Of a DNA stretch of 64,000 bases, positions 49,101 through 58,943 are shown piece after piece. Below the pieces are notes generated by a model. The model saw only the letters and a list, made by a program, of their open reading frames with translations. It made no database searches and was not told where the DNA came from. The DNA is from Candidatus Kryptoniota bacterium (lineage in GTDB: Bacteria; Bacteroidota; Ignavibacteria; Kryptoniales; JAKASW01), in the NCBI GenBank assembly GCA_046706745.1, contig JBJKPC010000016.1, positions 95,561 through 159,560 of the forward strand, written 5' to 3'. How positions within the stretch are numbered: position 1 is the stretch's first letter; each line of letters opens with the position of its first letter. The position numbers and the translations under genes are program-made.

Positions 49101-49401
49101 TGTCACCGATCGACTGCGCGGGTTCCTTGTCAAATATCGGAAACCAGTGCGTCCCGGCATCGGTAGATTTCCATACTCCACCGGATGCTGCGCCGGCGTA
49201 GTACACGTCCATGTCTCCGGGAACGCCGACCACCGCTGAAACGCGGTTTCCGCCGGGACCCACAAACCTGTAATGAAGACCCGAGAGCATAGCCGGGTTT
49301 GGGTCGAGCTCCTGTCCTTTTACAGATAGTACTGCACTGAAGAAGAATGCCATGAAAAGATGGAAGGACAGTCTGGAGAGTCGTTGGAATCTCATTGCCA
49401 T
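46162..49401 (-). CDS. Sortilin/VPS10-type double beta-propeller protein with BNR/Asp-box repeats (GH74-like fold)
   Basis: Signal peptide. About 11 Asp-box-like motifs: WKSTDAGTHW, YKSTDAGRTW, FRTSDGGKTW, MSTDEGVTW, HRTTDAGQSW, VTTDGGKKW, MTTDYGKSW and others. Its ~1079 aa length is typical of this family. Confidence 0.7.
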   Translation of the reverse strand: MAMRFQRLSRLSFHLFMAFFFSAVLSVKGQELDPNPAMLSGLHYRFVGPGGNRVSAVVGVPGDMDVYYAGAASGGVWKSTDAGTHWFPIFDKEPAQSIGDIAIAPSDHNIVWVGTGEPFIRSNVSIGDGVYKSTDAGRTWMHMGLGKTGRISRVVIDPKNPDIVLVAAEGNCYGPQQQRGVFRTSDGGKTWKRVLFVNPNTGASDLAMDPDNPRILLAGTWQYVIHTWGQNSGGPGSGVWMSTDEGVTWKLLTNGLPKPPLGKIAVGIAQSDQNVMYALIETGGNGRGSLWRSDNRGESWHVVSYNRMLNERPHYYTRLLISPDDANEVYFPSNEIWYTLDGGRTVYQTDWAGDNHAMWADPTDADRMMIGSDIGLFISINRGKTWRHIILPIGQMYHVAVDNRIPYDLYGNMQDDESVRGPSNTRTYGGIPSSDWSTTAGCESGFSYPDPVDNNIVWGNCYAGEVDRFNLKTGQTRSVSPWPSKSLDSPAGVLKYRWNWTMPLVIDPLHHNTVYVGSQYVHRTTDAGQSWQVISPDLTLDDHSHMGSSGGLTPDNLGVEYWGTLFSIAVSPIKEGVIWTGSNDGLVHVTTDGGKKWINVTGNIPDLPKYGTINNIDASPFNPGEAFISVNFHQMDNRNPYIYMTTDYGKSWKFISGDIPKSVFSYVHIVIEDPFRQGMLFAGTENSIYMTYDYGTHWIPLNINLPHAPVSWIVVQKHFHDLVLATKGRGFWILDDIKPLEQLNAGILNSSEYLFKTRPAYRYRRISVPREVPDDASMGQNPRYGADIDYYLKTTPKTGVKITILDSTGNVVRTFEGTRKAGINRVYWDLRYPRVKEIKLRTTPPAYPQIWSDSRFIGKKTRPIYHWGIGPTLEGALADPGLYSVKLTVNGKTLTTPLTVLKDPHSAGTLADIRSSVKLWRDIDSKIDTVVGMINSIERVRLQIEDMPVYLRGLSGASSIMDSAKSLDRKIETIENKLFQKYLAADDEKTYAAPMQLYMKFLWLAGEVGDGAGDVAGSPDFAPTDQDLAVYNLLARRLANVEVEYKRLMTSTIPSFNSLLKNKGVLAIILNPTDVDGMK

Positions 49402-49820
49402 TCACCTCCGGGAGCTTTTTCAACTTTCGTTTTTGCAGATGAGAGCCGTTCGATCCGTCAGACAAAGGTTTGCTGAGGTAGAGATGCGAAAGAAATCCTT
49501 CATTACGGATACGTCACAAGAGATTCGCGTTTCGAATACTCTTTCCGGCAGCAGCTGATTGCTAATTGCGGGAAGCATAAAGTGGAGTGGTCCTGCTGCA
49601 TTTCAATTCCTTCGTAGGAAACTATAACAGCAGAACGTGATTTGCAAGCTTCGATAAACCCGGTTGATTCAATGTCGAACCTGCATCGAAGTGTGGGTGA
49701 TTCAAGAAGCCTTTCTCGCCCGGAATGAAACGTTCCTGAGGGGATTTTTTGTTACATTAGTAGGGTGTGTGCCCCCGTGGGCACCGTTAATCCCTGTCTT
49801 ACTAACAAAGGAGTGCATCA

Positions 49821-50261
49821 ATGCGGATCGGCATTGCTTGTGATCATGGTGGATTCGGACTCAAACAAGAGATTATGTCGCGCCTGAAAAAGATGAACCA
49901 TCAGATTCTGGACTTTGGGGCGAAATCGCTCGACAACGAAGATGATTATCCGGACTATGTTGTTCCGCTGGGCAAAGCGGTTGCAGCGGGTGAGCTGGAT
50001 CGCGGAATTGCAATCTGCGGAAGCGGAGTGGGCGCTTCCGTTGCTGTCAACAAAATCAAAGGCGTTCGCGGTGCGCTCATACATGATTGTTTTTCAGCAC
50101 GCCAGGGAGTTGAAGATGACGACATCAATGTTATATGTCTCGGAGGCAGGATTATTGGCAGCGAACTTGCGTGGGTAATAGTGACTACCTTCATTAATGC
50201 GGAATTCAGCGGAGCAGAAAGGCATCGACGCAGGTTGTCGAAGGTTGCACTGCTGGAATAG
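49821..50261 (+). CDS. rpiB: Ribose-5-phosphate isomerase B
   Basis: MRIGIACDHGGFGLKQEI..., GIAICGSGVGASVAVNKIKGVRGALIHD and GGRIIG. AAAGGAG Shine-Dalgarno site. Confidence 0.9.
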   Translation: MRIGIACDHGGFGLKQEIMSRLKKMNHQILDFGAKSLDNEDDYPDYVVPLGKAVAAGELDRGIAICGSGVGASVAVNKIKGVRGALIHDCFSARQGVEDDDINVICLGGRIIGSELAWVIVTTFINAEFSGAERHRRRLSKVALLE

Positions 50262-50276
50262 TAAGGAGGATGTTAA

Positions 50277-53105
50277 GTGAAGAACAATCCATTGCTGGAA
50301 CTCGAAAATATTGGACAGAGCATCTGGCTGGATTATATCAGGAGAGATGCAATAAAGTCCGGTGAACTCGCAGGACTGATTGAGAATGACGGTGTGTCTG
50401 GAGTGACGTCGAACCCTTCCATCTTCGAAAAAGCAATTGCCGGGAGTCATGATTACGACGACCCCATCCGTGCAATGGCCCTCGAAGGAAAGAAAGTCGA
50501 AGAAATATACAAAGCCTTGACCGTCGAAGACATCAGAGATGCCGCAGATCTATTTAGACCCCTTTACGATAAGACCGAAGGCGGCGACGGATACGTCAGC
50601 ATAGAGGTGTCGCCTACTCTTGCGTACGACGCGAAAGGCACGATATCTGAGGCGCGCCAACTGTGGTCGGCGGTAGACCGTCCGAACATATACATTAAAG
50701 TGCCCGGAACAAAGGAGGGCCTGGAGGCGATCCGCCGTCTGATAAGCGAAGCAATTAACGTCAACGTAACCTTGCTTTTCGGCCTCCCACGCTACGAGGA
50801 GGTTGCGGATGCGTACCTCTCCGGCCTTGAAGCCCGGGTGAAAAAAGGGAAGGCAGTAGATAGCATATCCTCCGTCGCGAGCTTTTTTCTGAGCAGGATC
50901 GACGTCTTGGTCGACAAGGTATTTGACGAGAAGATTCATAAACAGAGCGCCGATACCGCGGAAGCTGTACGCGCGCGCGGACAGGTTGCGATCGCGAGCG
51001 CAAAGCTTGCCTATGAAATATTTGTCAGAGTTTTCGGCAGCGAACGGTTCAAGAAGCTCGAGGCAAAAGGCGCCAGGAAGCAGCGCCTCCTCTGGGCGAG
51101 CACCAGCACTAAGAATCCTACCTACAGTGATGTGAAATACGTCGAGGCACTCATAGGTCCGGAGACTGTGAATACGCTCCCCCTAGAAACGCTGAACGCC
51201 TACCGGGATCACGGCGAACCGTCGATGAGACTGGGGATCGAAGTCGACAACGCACACAGGGTGCTGGAACATTTACCGTCTCTGGGCGTGGACATAAACC
51301 AGGTAACTCGGCAGCTTGAAGACGAGGGCGTCAAGAAATTCGCGGACGCATACACGATGCTTGTCAGGTCGCTGAAAGAAAAGACAGAGGCGGCGCTTCA
51401 CGAACGGGTGGACTCGCAATCGTTCGCACTTGGACCTCTGGAGAATGATGTGAAAGAACGCGTCAAAACTCTTGCGAGGGAACGGTTTGCTTCCCGGTTG
51501 TGGCAGAAAGATACGTCCCTGTGGAAAAGGGATCCTGAGGATCAGAAAGCTATCAAAAGTGCACTTGGCTGGCTTCATGTGGCTGAGAAGCTCGAGGATG
51601 CCTTAAGCGACATTGCGGGTTTTGTTTCGGGTGTCAAAGAGGCAGGGTTCAAACACGTAGTTCATATGGGAATGGGCGGGAGCAGCCTGGCCCCACTCGT
51701 ATTGCAGCGGTCTTTCGATATTCAAGGAACCGGTCTGCCTCTAACGGTGCTCGATACAACCGACCCTGCAACTATTTTAAGGATCGGAAACGAAGTCCCC
51801 CTTTCCGAAACTCTTTTCATCGTTGCGAGCAAATCGGGCTCGACCGCGGAGCCTAACGCCCTCGCGGACTATTTTTATGAGAAGCTTAAAGCCATGAAGG
51901 GGTCCTATGCGGGGGACAATTTCATCGCCATCACTGATCCCCGCTCAGAACTTGTGAGCGTGGCGAAGGAGAGAAGATTCCGGCATACCTTTCTCAATTT
52001 TGCCGACATCGGAGGCCGTTACTCCGCGCTGTCCTATTTCGGCCTTGTTCCCGCTGCCCTGCTCGGCGTCAATGTAGGAGAGTTTCTCACCAGGGCGTTG
52101 CGGATGGCTCGCGCCTGCGATTCGTGCGTTCCCGCCGAAATGAACCCGGGTCTCTGTTTGGGTGCTGCGATGGCTGAGCTTGCTTCGAAAGGGAAGGACA
52201 AACTGACGCTTGTAGTTTCGAAGAGAGTTGCAGCCCTTGGTCTTTGGCTCGAGCAGCTCATTGCAGAAAGCACGGGAAAGGAAGGAAGGGGAATCCTCCC
52301 CGTCAGTGACGAGCCACTCCTGCAGCCCGCGGCTTACGCCAAGGACAGACTCTTCGCGTTTCTGAAAATGAAAAACGAGAATGACGCCGCAACTGAAAGA
52401 CATATCCGCGAGCTGATGGATGCCGGACAACAGGTCGTTTCGGTGGAGATGGCCGACGTATATGATTTGGGCCAGGAGTTTTTCAGATGGGAATTCGCAA
52501 CTGCCATCGCAGGTGCGATTGTTGGAATCGATGCCTTCAATCAACCAAATGTGCAGGAAAGCAAGGACAATACAAGCCAACTTCTCGATGAAGTTAAGAC
52601 CACCGGGCGGTTACCTGAAGAAAATCCTGTTATAGACGAAGGGGATCTGAAGATCTATGGAAATGCGGAGGGAAAGTCTCTTCGGGAAGCGCTGAAGTTT
52701 TTCTTCGGGCAGTCGAAGGCCGGGGATTACGTACCTTTCATGGCCTATGTCACTCCGGGTGACGGAGTGGATGAACGAATAGCCTCGATACGTGCGCTTG
52801 TTCAAAAAAATCTGAAGTTAGCAACGACTTTCGGATATGGCCCCCGGTTTCTTCATTCCACCGGCCAGTATCATAAGGGCGGTCCGAACACTGGTCTTTT
52901 TATACAACTCACCGCAAATGATGCCGTCGATGTACCAATTCCCGGGCGGTCTTACGGTTTCTCCGTTTTCAAGAAAGCGCAGGCACTTGGCGACCTGGAA
53001 TCTCTAAGAAGACACGGAAGGCGTGTCATAAGGATCGACCTGGGAACGGATGTCGCGGGAGGACTCGATAAACTGCGGCAGGCGACTGAAGAAGCACTTG
53101 GTTAG
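50277..53105 (+). CDS. tal-pgi: Bifunctional transaldolase / glucose-6-phosphate isomerase fusion
   Basis: GTG start 7 nt after TAAGGAGG. The N-terminal transaldolase part carries GQSIWLDYIRRD, GVTSNPSIFEKAI, YVSIEVSP and YIKVPGT. The C-terminal PGI part carries VHMGMGGSSLAP, IVASKSGSTAEP and GGRYSALS. Confidence 0.85.
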   Translation: MKNNPLLELENIGQSIWLDYIRRDAIKSGELAGLIENDGVSGVTSNPSIFEKAIAGSHDYDDPIRAMALEGKKVEEIYKALTVEDIRDAADLFRPLYDKTEGGDGYVSIEVSPTLAYDAKGTISEARQLWSAVDRPNIYIKVPGTKEGLEAIRRLISEAINVNVTLLFGLPRYEEVADAYLSGLEARVKKGKAVDSISSVASFFLSRIDVLVDKVFDEKIHKQSADTAEAVRARGQVAIASAKLAYEIFVRVFGSERFKKLEAKGARKQRLLWASTSTKNPTYSDVKYVEALIGPETVNTLPLETLNAYRDHGEPSMRLGIEVDNAHRVLEHLPSLGVDINQVTRQLEDEGVKKFADAYTMLVRSLKEKTEAALHERVDSQSFALGPLENDVKERVKTLARERFASRLWQKDTSLWKRDPEDQKAIKSALGWLHVAEKLEDALSDIAGFVSGVKEAGFKHVVHMGMGGSSLAPLVLQRSFDIQGTGLPLTVLDTTDPATILRIGNEVPLSETLFIVASKSGSTAEPNALADYFYEKLKAMKGSYAGDNFIAITDPRSELVSVAKERRFRHTFLNFADIGGRYSALSYFGLVPAALLGVNVGEFLTRALRMARACDSCVPAEMNPGLCLGAAMAELASKGKDKLTLVVSKRVAALGLWLEQLIAESTGKEGRGILPVSDEPLLQPAAYAKDRLFAFLKMKNENDAATERHIRELMDAGQQVVSVEMADVYDLGQEFFRWEFATAIAGAIVGIDAFNQPNVQESKDNTSQLLDEVKTTGRLPEENPVIDEGDLKIYGNAEGKSLREALKFFFGQSKAGDYVPFMAYVTPGDGVDERIASIRALVQKNLKLATTFGYGPRFLHSTGQYHKGGPNTGLFIQLTANDAVDVPIPGRSYGFSVFKKAQALGDLESLRRHGRRVIRIDLGTDVAGGLDKLRQATEEALG

Positions 53106-53110
53106 CAACG

Positions 53111-53132
53111 CCGGGCTCTGCCCCGGTTTTTT
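53111..53132 (+). terminator. Rho-independent terminator
   Basis: CCGGG (53111-15), loop CTCTGC, CCCGG (53122-26), then TTTTTT. Confidence 0.55.
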
Positions 53133-53159
53133 CCCAATAAAAAGAACAGGAGGAGCACC

Positions 53160-53810
53160 ATGGAGGAGAGAAAAATCCCGTCTACATTGTTTCTAGACAT
53201 TGGCGGTGTGCTATTAACAAACGGGTGGGACCGCAATTCGCGGAAAGCCGCTGCCGCAGAGTTCGAGCTTGACTATGAAGAACTGAACGAGCGTCACCAT
53301 CTCACCTACGACACTTACGAATCCGGAAAGATAAGCCTAACCGAGTACCTTGACCGGATCGTGTTTTACGAGAACAGGGGCTTTTCACATGAGGACTTTC
53401 GAAAGTTCATGTTCGAACAGTCGAAACCCTTTCCCGAGATGATCGATCTCGTGAAATCGCTGAAACAGAAATACAGACTCAAGGTTGGGGTAATAAGCAA
53501 CGAAGGCCGTGAGGTCAACGAATACCGAATCAGGACGTTCAGGCTTGGAGAGTTCATAGACTTTTTTGTTTCATCAAGTTTTGTGCATGTGAGAAAACCG
53601 GACAGAGATATTTACAGGATTGCTTTCGACGTTGGCCAAGTTTCTCCCCATGATGCTGTCTACATAGATGACCGTCCCATGTTTGCCCAGATTGCTGCGG
53701 CGCTCGGTCTTAGATCTATTTCCCATAAGAGTTATGAGACTACCAGACTGGCTCTCGCCCGTCAGGGGTTGAGTCTTGAAACGTCCGAGAAGTTGGCCGA
53801 ATCGGCGTGA
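53160..53810 (+). CDS. HAD-superfamily hydrolase (subfamily IA-like)
   Basis: Motif I variant LFLDIGGVLLTNGWD, motif II VISNEG, and a late YIDDRP motif. GGAGGAG Shine-Dalgarno site. Confidence 0.7.
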   Translation: MEERKIPSTLFLDIGGVLLTNGWDRNSRKAAAAEFELDYEELNERHHLTYDTYESGKISLTEYLDRIVFYENRGFSHEDFRKFMFEQSKPFPEMIDLVKSLKQKYRLKVGVISNEGREVNEYRIRTFRLGEFIDFFVSSSFVHVRKPDRDIYRIAFDVGQVSPHDAVYIDDRPMFAQIAAALGLRSISHKSYETTRLALARQGLSLETSEKLAESA

Positions 53811-54296
53811 TCACTCTACTTGCCCGGCGCGGTCCTTCCTTAATCATGGCACCCCCCATTTGACCGTCGAGACAAAATTTCTCATCGTGAACTGACGGTA
53901 AGGGAACCTATCGAGATAGGTTGCGTTATACTTAATGTAACACTCACTCAAGTCCTCAAGAATCACTGGACGCTATGCTGAGACGGATGCGTCAAGTCCC
54001 TGGTTGATCAATCGCTGGTTTAAGCACCCGTCTTCTTTGATGATGAATGATTAATTCTGGAACGACGCGGAACGGAGTTGAGTTATGTTTGGCAAAACGG
54101 ACGCTTGTCCCGAGATAAGAAGAAACCTCCTTTTAATTCCTCCTCCCGGAGAGACATTCCCTGAAAGCACTATCGACGAGGGTGGGTTGCATCCACTCGC
54201 CCGTAATGTCCCGGATCTCAATCGCGGCTATCCATCGAATCTGAGTCTTCCCGCTGCTAATGATGTCTCGGGAACTCCAAAAGGCGTCGGCCTCAA

Positions 54297-54701
54297 ATGA
54301 TACTCTGGCCGATGATGATATATCTCGCCCTGGCAGTGCTTCTCACCGCGGGGATGATGATAGCTTCACATTTGCTGGGCCCCAGGCACAACGAGCCGGC
54401 GACGGGGGAGTATTACGAAGGCGGGGTGACTTCTTCGGGGACCGCCCGTCTTCGATTTTCCGTCAAATTCTATCTCTTTGCCATGTTTTTCGTGGTTTTT
54501 GACCTCGAATCGGTTTTCATAGTCGCATGGGCTGTTGCGTTGAGAGAGGTCGGGTGGACCGGCTACATAGAGGCATCGGTTTTCATCGTGGTGTTGGTAG
54601 CAACACTTATATACCTTTGGCGACTCGGGGCGCTCGACATCGTCAAAAAGAAATTGCAGCAGAACACCGCCGGGCTGCACGGAGGTAAATCAGTAAGATG
54701 A
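54297..54701 (+). CDS. nuoA: NADH-quinone oxidoreductase subunit A
   Basis: Three TM helices, with the signature YEGG....[26 protein letters not shown]. Confidence 0.9.
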   Translation: MILWPMMIYLALAVLLTAGMMIASHLLGPRHNEPATGEYYEGGVTSSGTARLRFSVKFYLFAMFFVVFDLESVFIVAWAVALREVGWTGYIEASVFIVVLVATLIYLWRLGALDIVKKKLQQNTAGLHGGKSVR

Positions 54702-55333
54702 GTTGGTCGTTAACAAAACCTGAGGAGACCCAGCTCGACAAGGCAAAAGTGTCGTCTGAGGAATCTGTGAAGAAAGTCCTCATACTTTCAAAGCTCGAGG
54801 ATCTCGTCGCCTGGGGAAGGAAGAATTCAATCTGGCCTTTCAACTTCGGCCTATCATGCTGCTATGTTGAAATGGCGACGAGCATCACCAGTAAGTACGA
54901 CGTCTCACGCTTCGGAGCAGAGGTCGTTCGAGGGACTCCGCGCGAAGCCGACCTCATGGTGATAGCAGGGACCGTCTTCATTAAGATGGCTCCCGTCATA
55001 AAGCGCCTTTATGAACAGATGATGGAACCGAGATGGGTAATCTCGATGGGGTCCTGCGCAAACTCGGGAGGAATGTACGACATCTACAGCGTGGTTCAGG
55101 GAGTCGACAAGTTTCTTCCGGTTGACGTATATGTTCCAGGATGCCCGCCGAGACCGGACGCGTTTCTGGAGGGATTAACGCTTCTCCAGAAGCAGGTCGG
55201 AAAGGAACGGCGGCCGTTGAGCTGGACGGTCGGCCCTCAAGGTATCATCAAACCTGATATGCCCGCAAACCGGGATCTGAAGCAGGAAGATAGAACCAAA
55301 GTAAGAACGTACAGGCCGATCGACGAGATATGA
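54698..55333 (+). CDS. nuoB: NADH-quinone oxidoreductase subunit B
   Basis: [17 protein letters not shown] and [12 protein letters not shown] overlap with nuoA. Confidence 0.95.
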   Translation: MSWSLTKPEETQLDKAKVSSEESVKKVLILSKLEDLVAWGRKNSIWPFNFGLSCCYVEMATSITSKYDVSRFGAEVVRGTPREADLMVIAGTVFIKMAPVIKRLYEQMMEPRWVISMGSCANSGGMYDIYSVVQGVDKFLPVDVYVPGCPPRPDAFLEGLTLLQKQVGKERRPLSWTVGPQGIIKPDMPANRDLKQEDRTKVRTYRPIDEI

Positions 55334-57084
55334 TCACAATCGAGAAAAACCGCATTATCGAAGATCTCGAAGCGAAATTCGGGCCGGACATCAGGGCGAT
55401 CCAACCCACGCGGGATAACATTCCCACCGTCTGGATCGATAAATTGAGAGTGCACGACGCGCTGAGATTCCTGAAGTATGATGTGGAAATGCCTTACAAG
55501 GTCCTTTACGACCTGACTGCGATCGACGAGCGTACGCGCGTGCATCGGGAAGGACAGCCTCAAAGCGACTTCACCGTAGTCTATCACCTTCTCTCTTATG
55601 ACCGGAACGAAGACATAAGGATAAAAGTCGGGCTGACCGGGAGCACACCGTCCATTTCCACGGCCACGGATATATGGCAGTCCGCGAACTGGTACGAGAG
55701 AGAAGTGTGGGACCTGTTTGGTGTCAAGTTCGATGGGCATCCGCATCTCGCAAGAATAATAATGCCGCGGACATGGAAGGGGCATCCGCTGCGAAAAGAT
55801 CATCCTGCACGCGCAACCGAAATGGGACCCTACCAGCTTCCGCAGGAGAAGTACGAAGCCGAACAAAAGGCGCTCGAGTTCCATCCGGAGGAATGGGGCA
55901 TGAAGAGGGAGAGCGAAGACGCCGATTTCATGTTCCTGAATATCGGTCCGCAGCATCCGGGCACTCATGGGGTTATTCGATTTGTTCTGCAGCTCGACGG
56001 CGAGGAAATACTCGACGTCGCCCCAGAAATCGGATTTCACCACAGGGGAGCCGAGAAAATGGCCGAGCGGCAGTCCTGGCACACGTATATTCCTTACACC
56101 GACCGCATCGATTACCTCGGCGGCGTGATGAACAATTTCGTGTATGTACAAGCGGTTGAGACTCTTGCAGGAATTAATGTCCCTGATCGTGCGCAGGTGA
56201 TCAGGATAATGTTGTCCGAGCTTTTCAGAATCTCGAATCATCTCGTCTGGTATGGCACCTTCGCGCAGGATGTGGGCGCGATGTCGCCCGTGTTCTACAT
56301 GTTCACGGACCGTGAGAAGGTGTTGGGAATAATCGAAGCCATATGCGGCGACAGGATGCACCCGAACTGGTTCCGGATCGGCGGAGTGGCGCAGGACCTG
56401 CCGAACGGCTGGGATAGACTCGTAAGAGATTTTGTCGATTATTTCCCGAAACGCCTTAGGGAGTACGACAAGATTGTTATGAAGAACAAAATCTTCCAGG
56501 CGCGGACAAAAGGCGTAGGAGCATTCACGCTTGATGAGGCAATCGATTGGGGAGTTACCGGCCCACTGTTGAGGGCCTGCGGGATGGAGTGGGACTTCAG
56601 GAAGAAGCGGCCGTATTCCGGTTACGACCGGCTCGATTTCGACATACCGACCGCGCAACATGGGGACTGTTACGACAGGGCAATTGTGCGAATTGAAGAA
56701 ATGAACCAGAGTGTGCGAATAATCAGGCAATGCCTCGAGAACATGCCTGAAGGACCTTATAAGTCGAATCATCCGCTCGCAACTCCGCCGCTTAAGGAGC
56801 GGACCATGCACGACATCGAGACACTGATCACGCATTTCCTCGGTGTAACATGGGGGCCGGTTATTCCGCCTGGTGAAGCCTCGTTCAATATCGAGGCTAC
56901 AAAAGGCGGCAACAGCTATTACCTGATCAGCGACGGAAACACGGTTTCGTACAGGACGAGAATCCGTACCCCGTCATTTGCACACATCCAGACGGTGCCG
57001 CTCCTGAGCCGCGGCTTCACCGTCGCAGATTTACTGGCAATTCTCGGGAGCCTGGATTTTGTCCTCGCCGACATAGACAGGTAA
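55330..57084 (+). CDS. nuoCD: NADH-quinone oxidoreductase fused subunits C and D
   Basis: NuoC part: [25 protein letters not shown]. NuoD part: [15 protein letters not shown] and HRGAEKMAE. One 584-aa ORF. ATGA overlap with nuoB. Confidence 0.95.
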   Translation: MITIEKNRIIEDLEAKFGPDIRAIQPTRDNIPTVWIDKLRVHDALRFLKYDVEMPYKVLYDLTAIDERTRVHREGQPQSDFTVVYHLLSYDRNEDIRIKVGLTGSTPSISTATDIWQSANWYEREVWDLFGVKFDGHPHLARIIMPRTWKGHPLRKDHPARATEMGPYQLPQEKYEAEQKALEFHPEEWGMKRESEDADFMFLNIGPQHPGTHGVIRFVLQLDGEEILDVAPEIGFHHRGAEKMAERQSWHTYIPYTDRIDYLGGVMNNFVYVQAVETLAGINVPDRAQVIRIMLSELFRISNHLVWYGTFAQDVGAMSPVFYMFTDREKVLGIIEAICGDRMHPNWFRIGGVAQDLPNGWDRLVRDFVDYFPKRLREYDKIVMKNKIFQARTKGVGAFTLDEAIDWGVTGPLLRACGMEWDFRKKRPYSGYDRLDFDIPTAQHGDCYDRAIVRIEEMNQSVRIIRQCLENMPEGPYKSNHPLATPPLKERTMHDIETLITHFLGVTWGPVIPPGEASFNIEATKGGNSYYLISDGNTVSYRTRIRTPSFAHIQTVPLLSRGFTVADLLAILGSLDFVLADIDR

Positions 57085-57126
57085 ATCTGAAATGAATCGT
57101 TCGAACGTTGCTAACCCGAAAGTGAC

Positions 57127-57591
57127 ATGCTTACAAAAGAAGAACGTGAAGAAATAGAAGAAGAATTTCCGAAGTACGCTGACAAGAAAGCCGTGTGCAT
57201 CGAGGCGATGAAGATCGTCCAGAAGCATCGCGGCTGGGTTACCGACGAAAATGTCCGAGATGTCGCGGAGTTTCTCAACATGTCCGCTGAAGAGCTCGAG
57301 TCGGTGGCTTCGTTTTACAATCTGATTTACCGCAAGCCGGTGGGCAAACACGTCATTCACGTCTGCGACAGCGTGAGCTGCTGGGTAATGGGATTTGACC
57401 GGCTTCGTGAAGAGCTTTGCCAGAAGCTCGGCATTAAGATGGGAGAGACCACTCCCGACGGGAAGTTTACCCTTCTTCCGATAGTCTGTCTGGGAGCTTG
57501 CGATCATGCCCCGGTCGCGATGATCGACCGTGAACCGATAAAGGATTTCGATCCTTCGACTGTTCAAGAAGTTCTGGACAAGTATGAATAG
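57127..57591 (+). CDS. nuoE: NADH-quinone oxidoreductase subunit E
   Basis: 2Fe-2S pattern HVCDSVSC...CLGACDHAP, with a typical N-terminal helical region. Confidence 0.9.
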   Translation: MLTKEEREEIEEEFPKYADKKAVCIEAMKIVQKHRGWVTDENVRDVAEFLNMSAEELESVASFYNLIYRKPVGKHVIHVCDSVSCWVMGFDRLREELCQKLGIKMGETTPDGKFTLLPIVCLGACDHAPVAMIDREPIKDFDPSTVQEVLDKYE

Positions 57592-57665
57592 ACACGTAGA
57601 CATGGGACAACGACAGGACTTGAATTGCGAAGAGGACCGGCTTTGTTGAGGCGGGGGAAAACATA

Positions 57666-58943
57666 ATGGAAACCCCCTTGACCGGAGCAATCCATACAGG
57701 CGGATCTCCCGAGACACTAGCCGGCTATGAAAAGGCTGGCGGATACACAGCTGCACGCAAAGCTGTACGTGAGATGGACCCGAAGGGAATACAAGATGTA
57801 GTGAAAAATTCGGGACTTCGCGGCAGAGGAGGAGCCGGCTTTCCTACCGGGCAGAAGTGGAGCTTCGTACCGATGGGAGCCGATGCACCGAAGCAAAAAT
57901 ATGTCGTGGCCAACGGCGACGAGATGGAACCCGGAACCTTCAAGGACAGGCTTCTGATGGAGGAGAACCCGCACGAGCTCATCGAGGGGATGATCATCGC
58001 TGCAAGCGCCGTGCAGGCAAACACAGGCTACATTTTTCTCCGTTACGAGTATGCATTGGCCGACAGGCGTCTCACCGAAGCAATCGCCGAAGCGTACAAA
58101 AAAAAGTATCTCGGCAAGAAGATTTTCGGTTCGGATTTCAATTTCGATCTGTATCTGCATGTCAGCGCCGGGAGATACATGTGCGGAGAAGAGACAGGTC
58201 TTTTGAACTCTTTGGAAGGAAAGCGTGCGAACCCGCGGTCCAAGCCCCCCTTTCCTCAAACCAGCGGACTCTGGGGGAGACCCACCGTAGTCAACAACAT
58301 CGAGACCCTATGCAACATCCCGCACATCATCAACAACGGAGCCGAATGGTTCAAAGGCCTTAGCAACGGTTCGGACGCCGGAACTAAACTCTACGGCGTG
58401 AGCGGAAAAGTCAAAAAGCCCGGACTCTGGGAATTACCGATGGGCACAAGCATCAGAGAGATCATAGAGGTACATGCGGGGGGAATGAGAGACGGGGTGA
58501 AGCTTCGCGGGATACTCCCCGGCGGCGCTTCCACCGATTTCCTGACGGAAGAGCACCTCGACGTGAAAATGGATTTCGATTCCGTGCAGAAAGCCGGAAG
58601 CAGGCTCGGAACCGGCACTATGATTCTCATGGACGACAAGACCTGCCCGGTGGGTATGTGTCTCAACCTGGAGCATTTCTTTGCCCAGGAGTCCTGCGGT
58701 TGGTGCACCCCGTGCTGGTCCGGCCTCAACTGGGCCGAAAAGCTCCTGCTCTCAATCGAAAATGGAACAGGAAAGATGGAAGACATAGACAAACTCATTT
58801 CTATCACGCAGTTCGTAGCCCCGGGCCACACGTACTGTGCACTCGCTCCCGGAGCGGCGGAGCCGTTGCAGAGCGCAATGAAATATTTCCGAGATGATTT
58901 CGAGAGACACATACGCGATAAAAAGTGTCCCTGGAGACAATGA
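57666..58943 (+). CDS. nuoF: NADH-quinone oxidoreductase subunit F
   Basis: GLRGRGGAGFPTGQKWSF (FMN site), CGEETGLLNSLEG, and ESCGWCTPC (4Fe-4S). Confidence 0.95.
   Translation: METPLTGAIHTGGSPETLAGYEKAGGYTAARKAVREMDPKGIQDVVKNSGLRGRGGAGFPTGQKWSFVPMGADAPKQKYVVANGDEMEPGTFKDRLLMEENPHELIEGMIIAASAVQANTGYIFLRYEYALADRRLTEAIAEAYKKKYLGKKIFGSDFNFDLYLHVSAGRYMCGEETGLLNSLEGKRANPRSKPPFPQTSGLWGRPTVVNNIETLCNIPHIINNGAEWFKGLSNGSDAGTKLYGVSGKVKKPGLWELPMGTSIREIIEVHAGGMRDGVKLRGILPGGASTDFLTEEHLDVKMDFDSVQKAGSRLGTGTMILMDDKTCPVGMCLNLEHFFAQESCGWCTPCWSGLNWAEKLLLSIENGTGKMEDIDKLISITQFVAPGHTYCALAPGAAEPLQSAMKYFRDDFERHIRDKKCPWRQ

Noticed and set aside
54085-54300. A 71-aa ORF just upstream of nuoA.
   Set aside because: It has no Shine-Dalgarno site, a Pro/Gly/Leu-rich sequence with no homology features, and it overlaps the nuoA start. 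It is likely spurious.
55237-56835. A 532-aa ORF antisense to nuoCD. Similar long antisense or alternative-frame ORFs occur at 38372-39469, 11177-12091, 7517-8242, 41033-41833 and 41687-42226.
   Set aside because: The sense frames carry unmistakable conserved motifs (NuoC/NuoD, SGNH, AmpG and others). The antisense translations are Arg/Pro/His-rich and low in complexity, as expected for stop-poor shadow frames in moderately GC-rich coding DNA.
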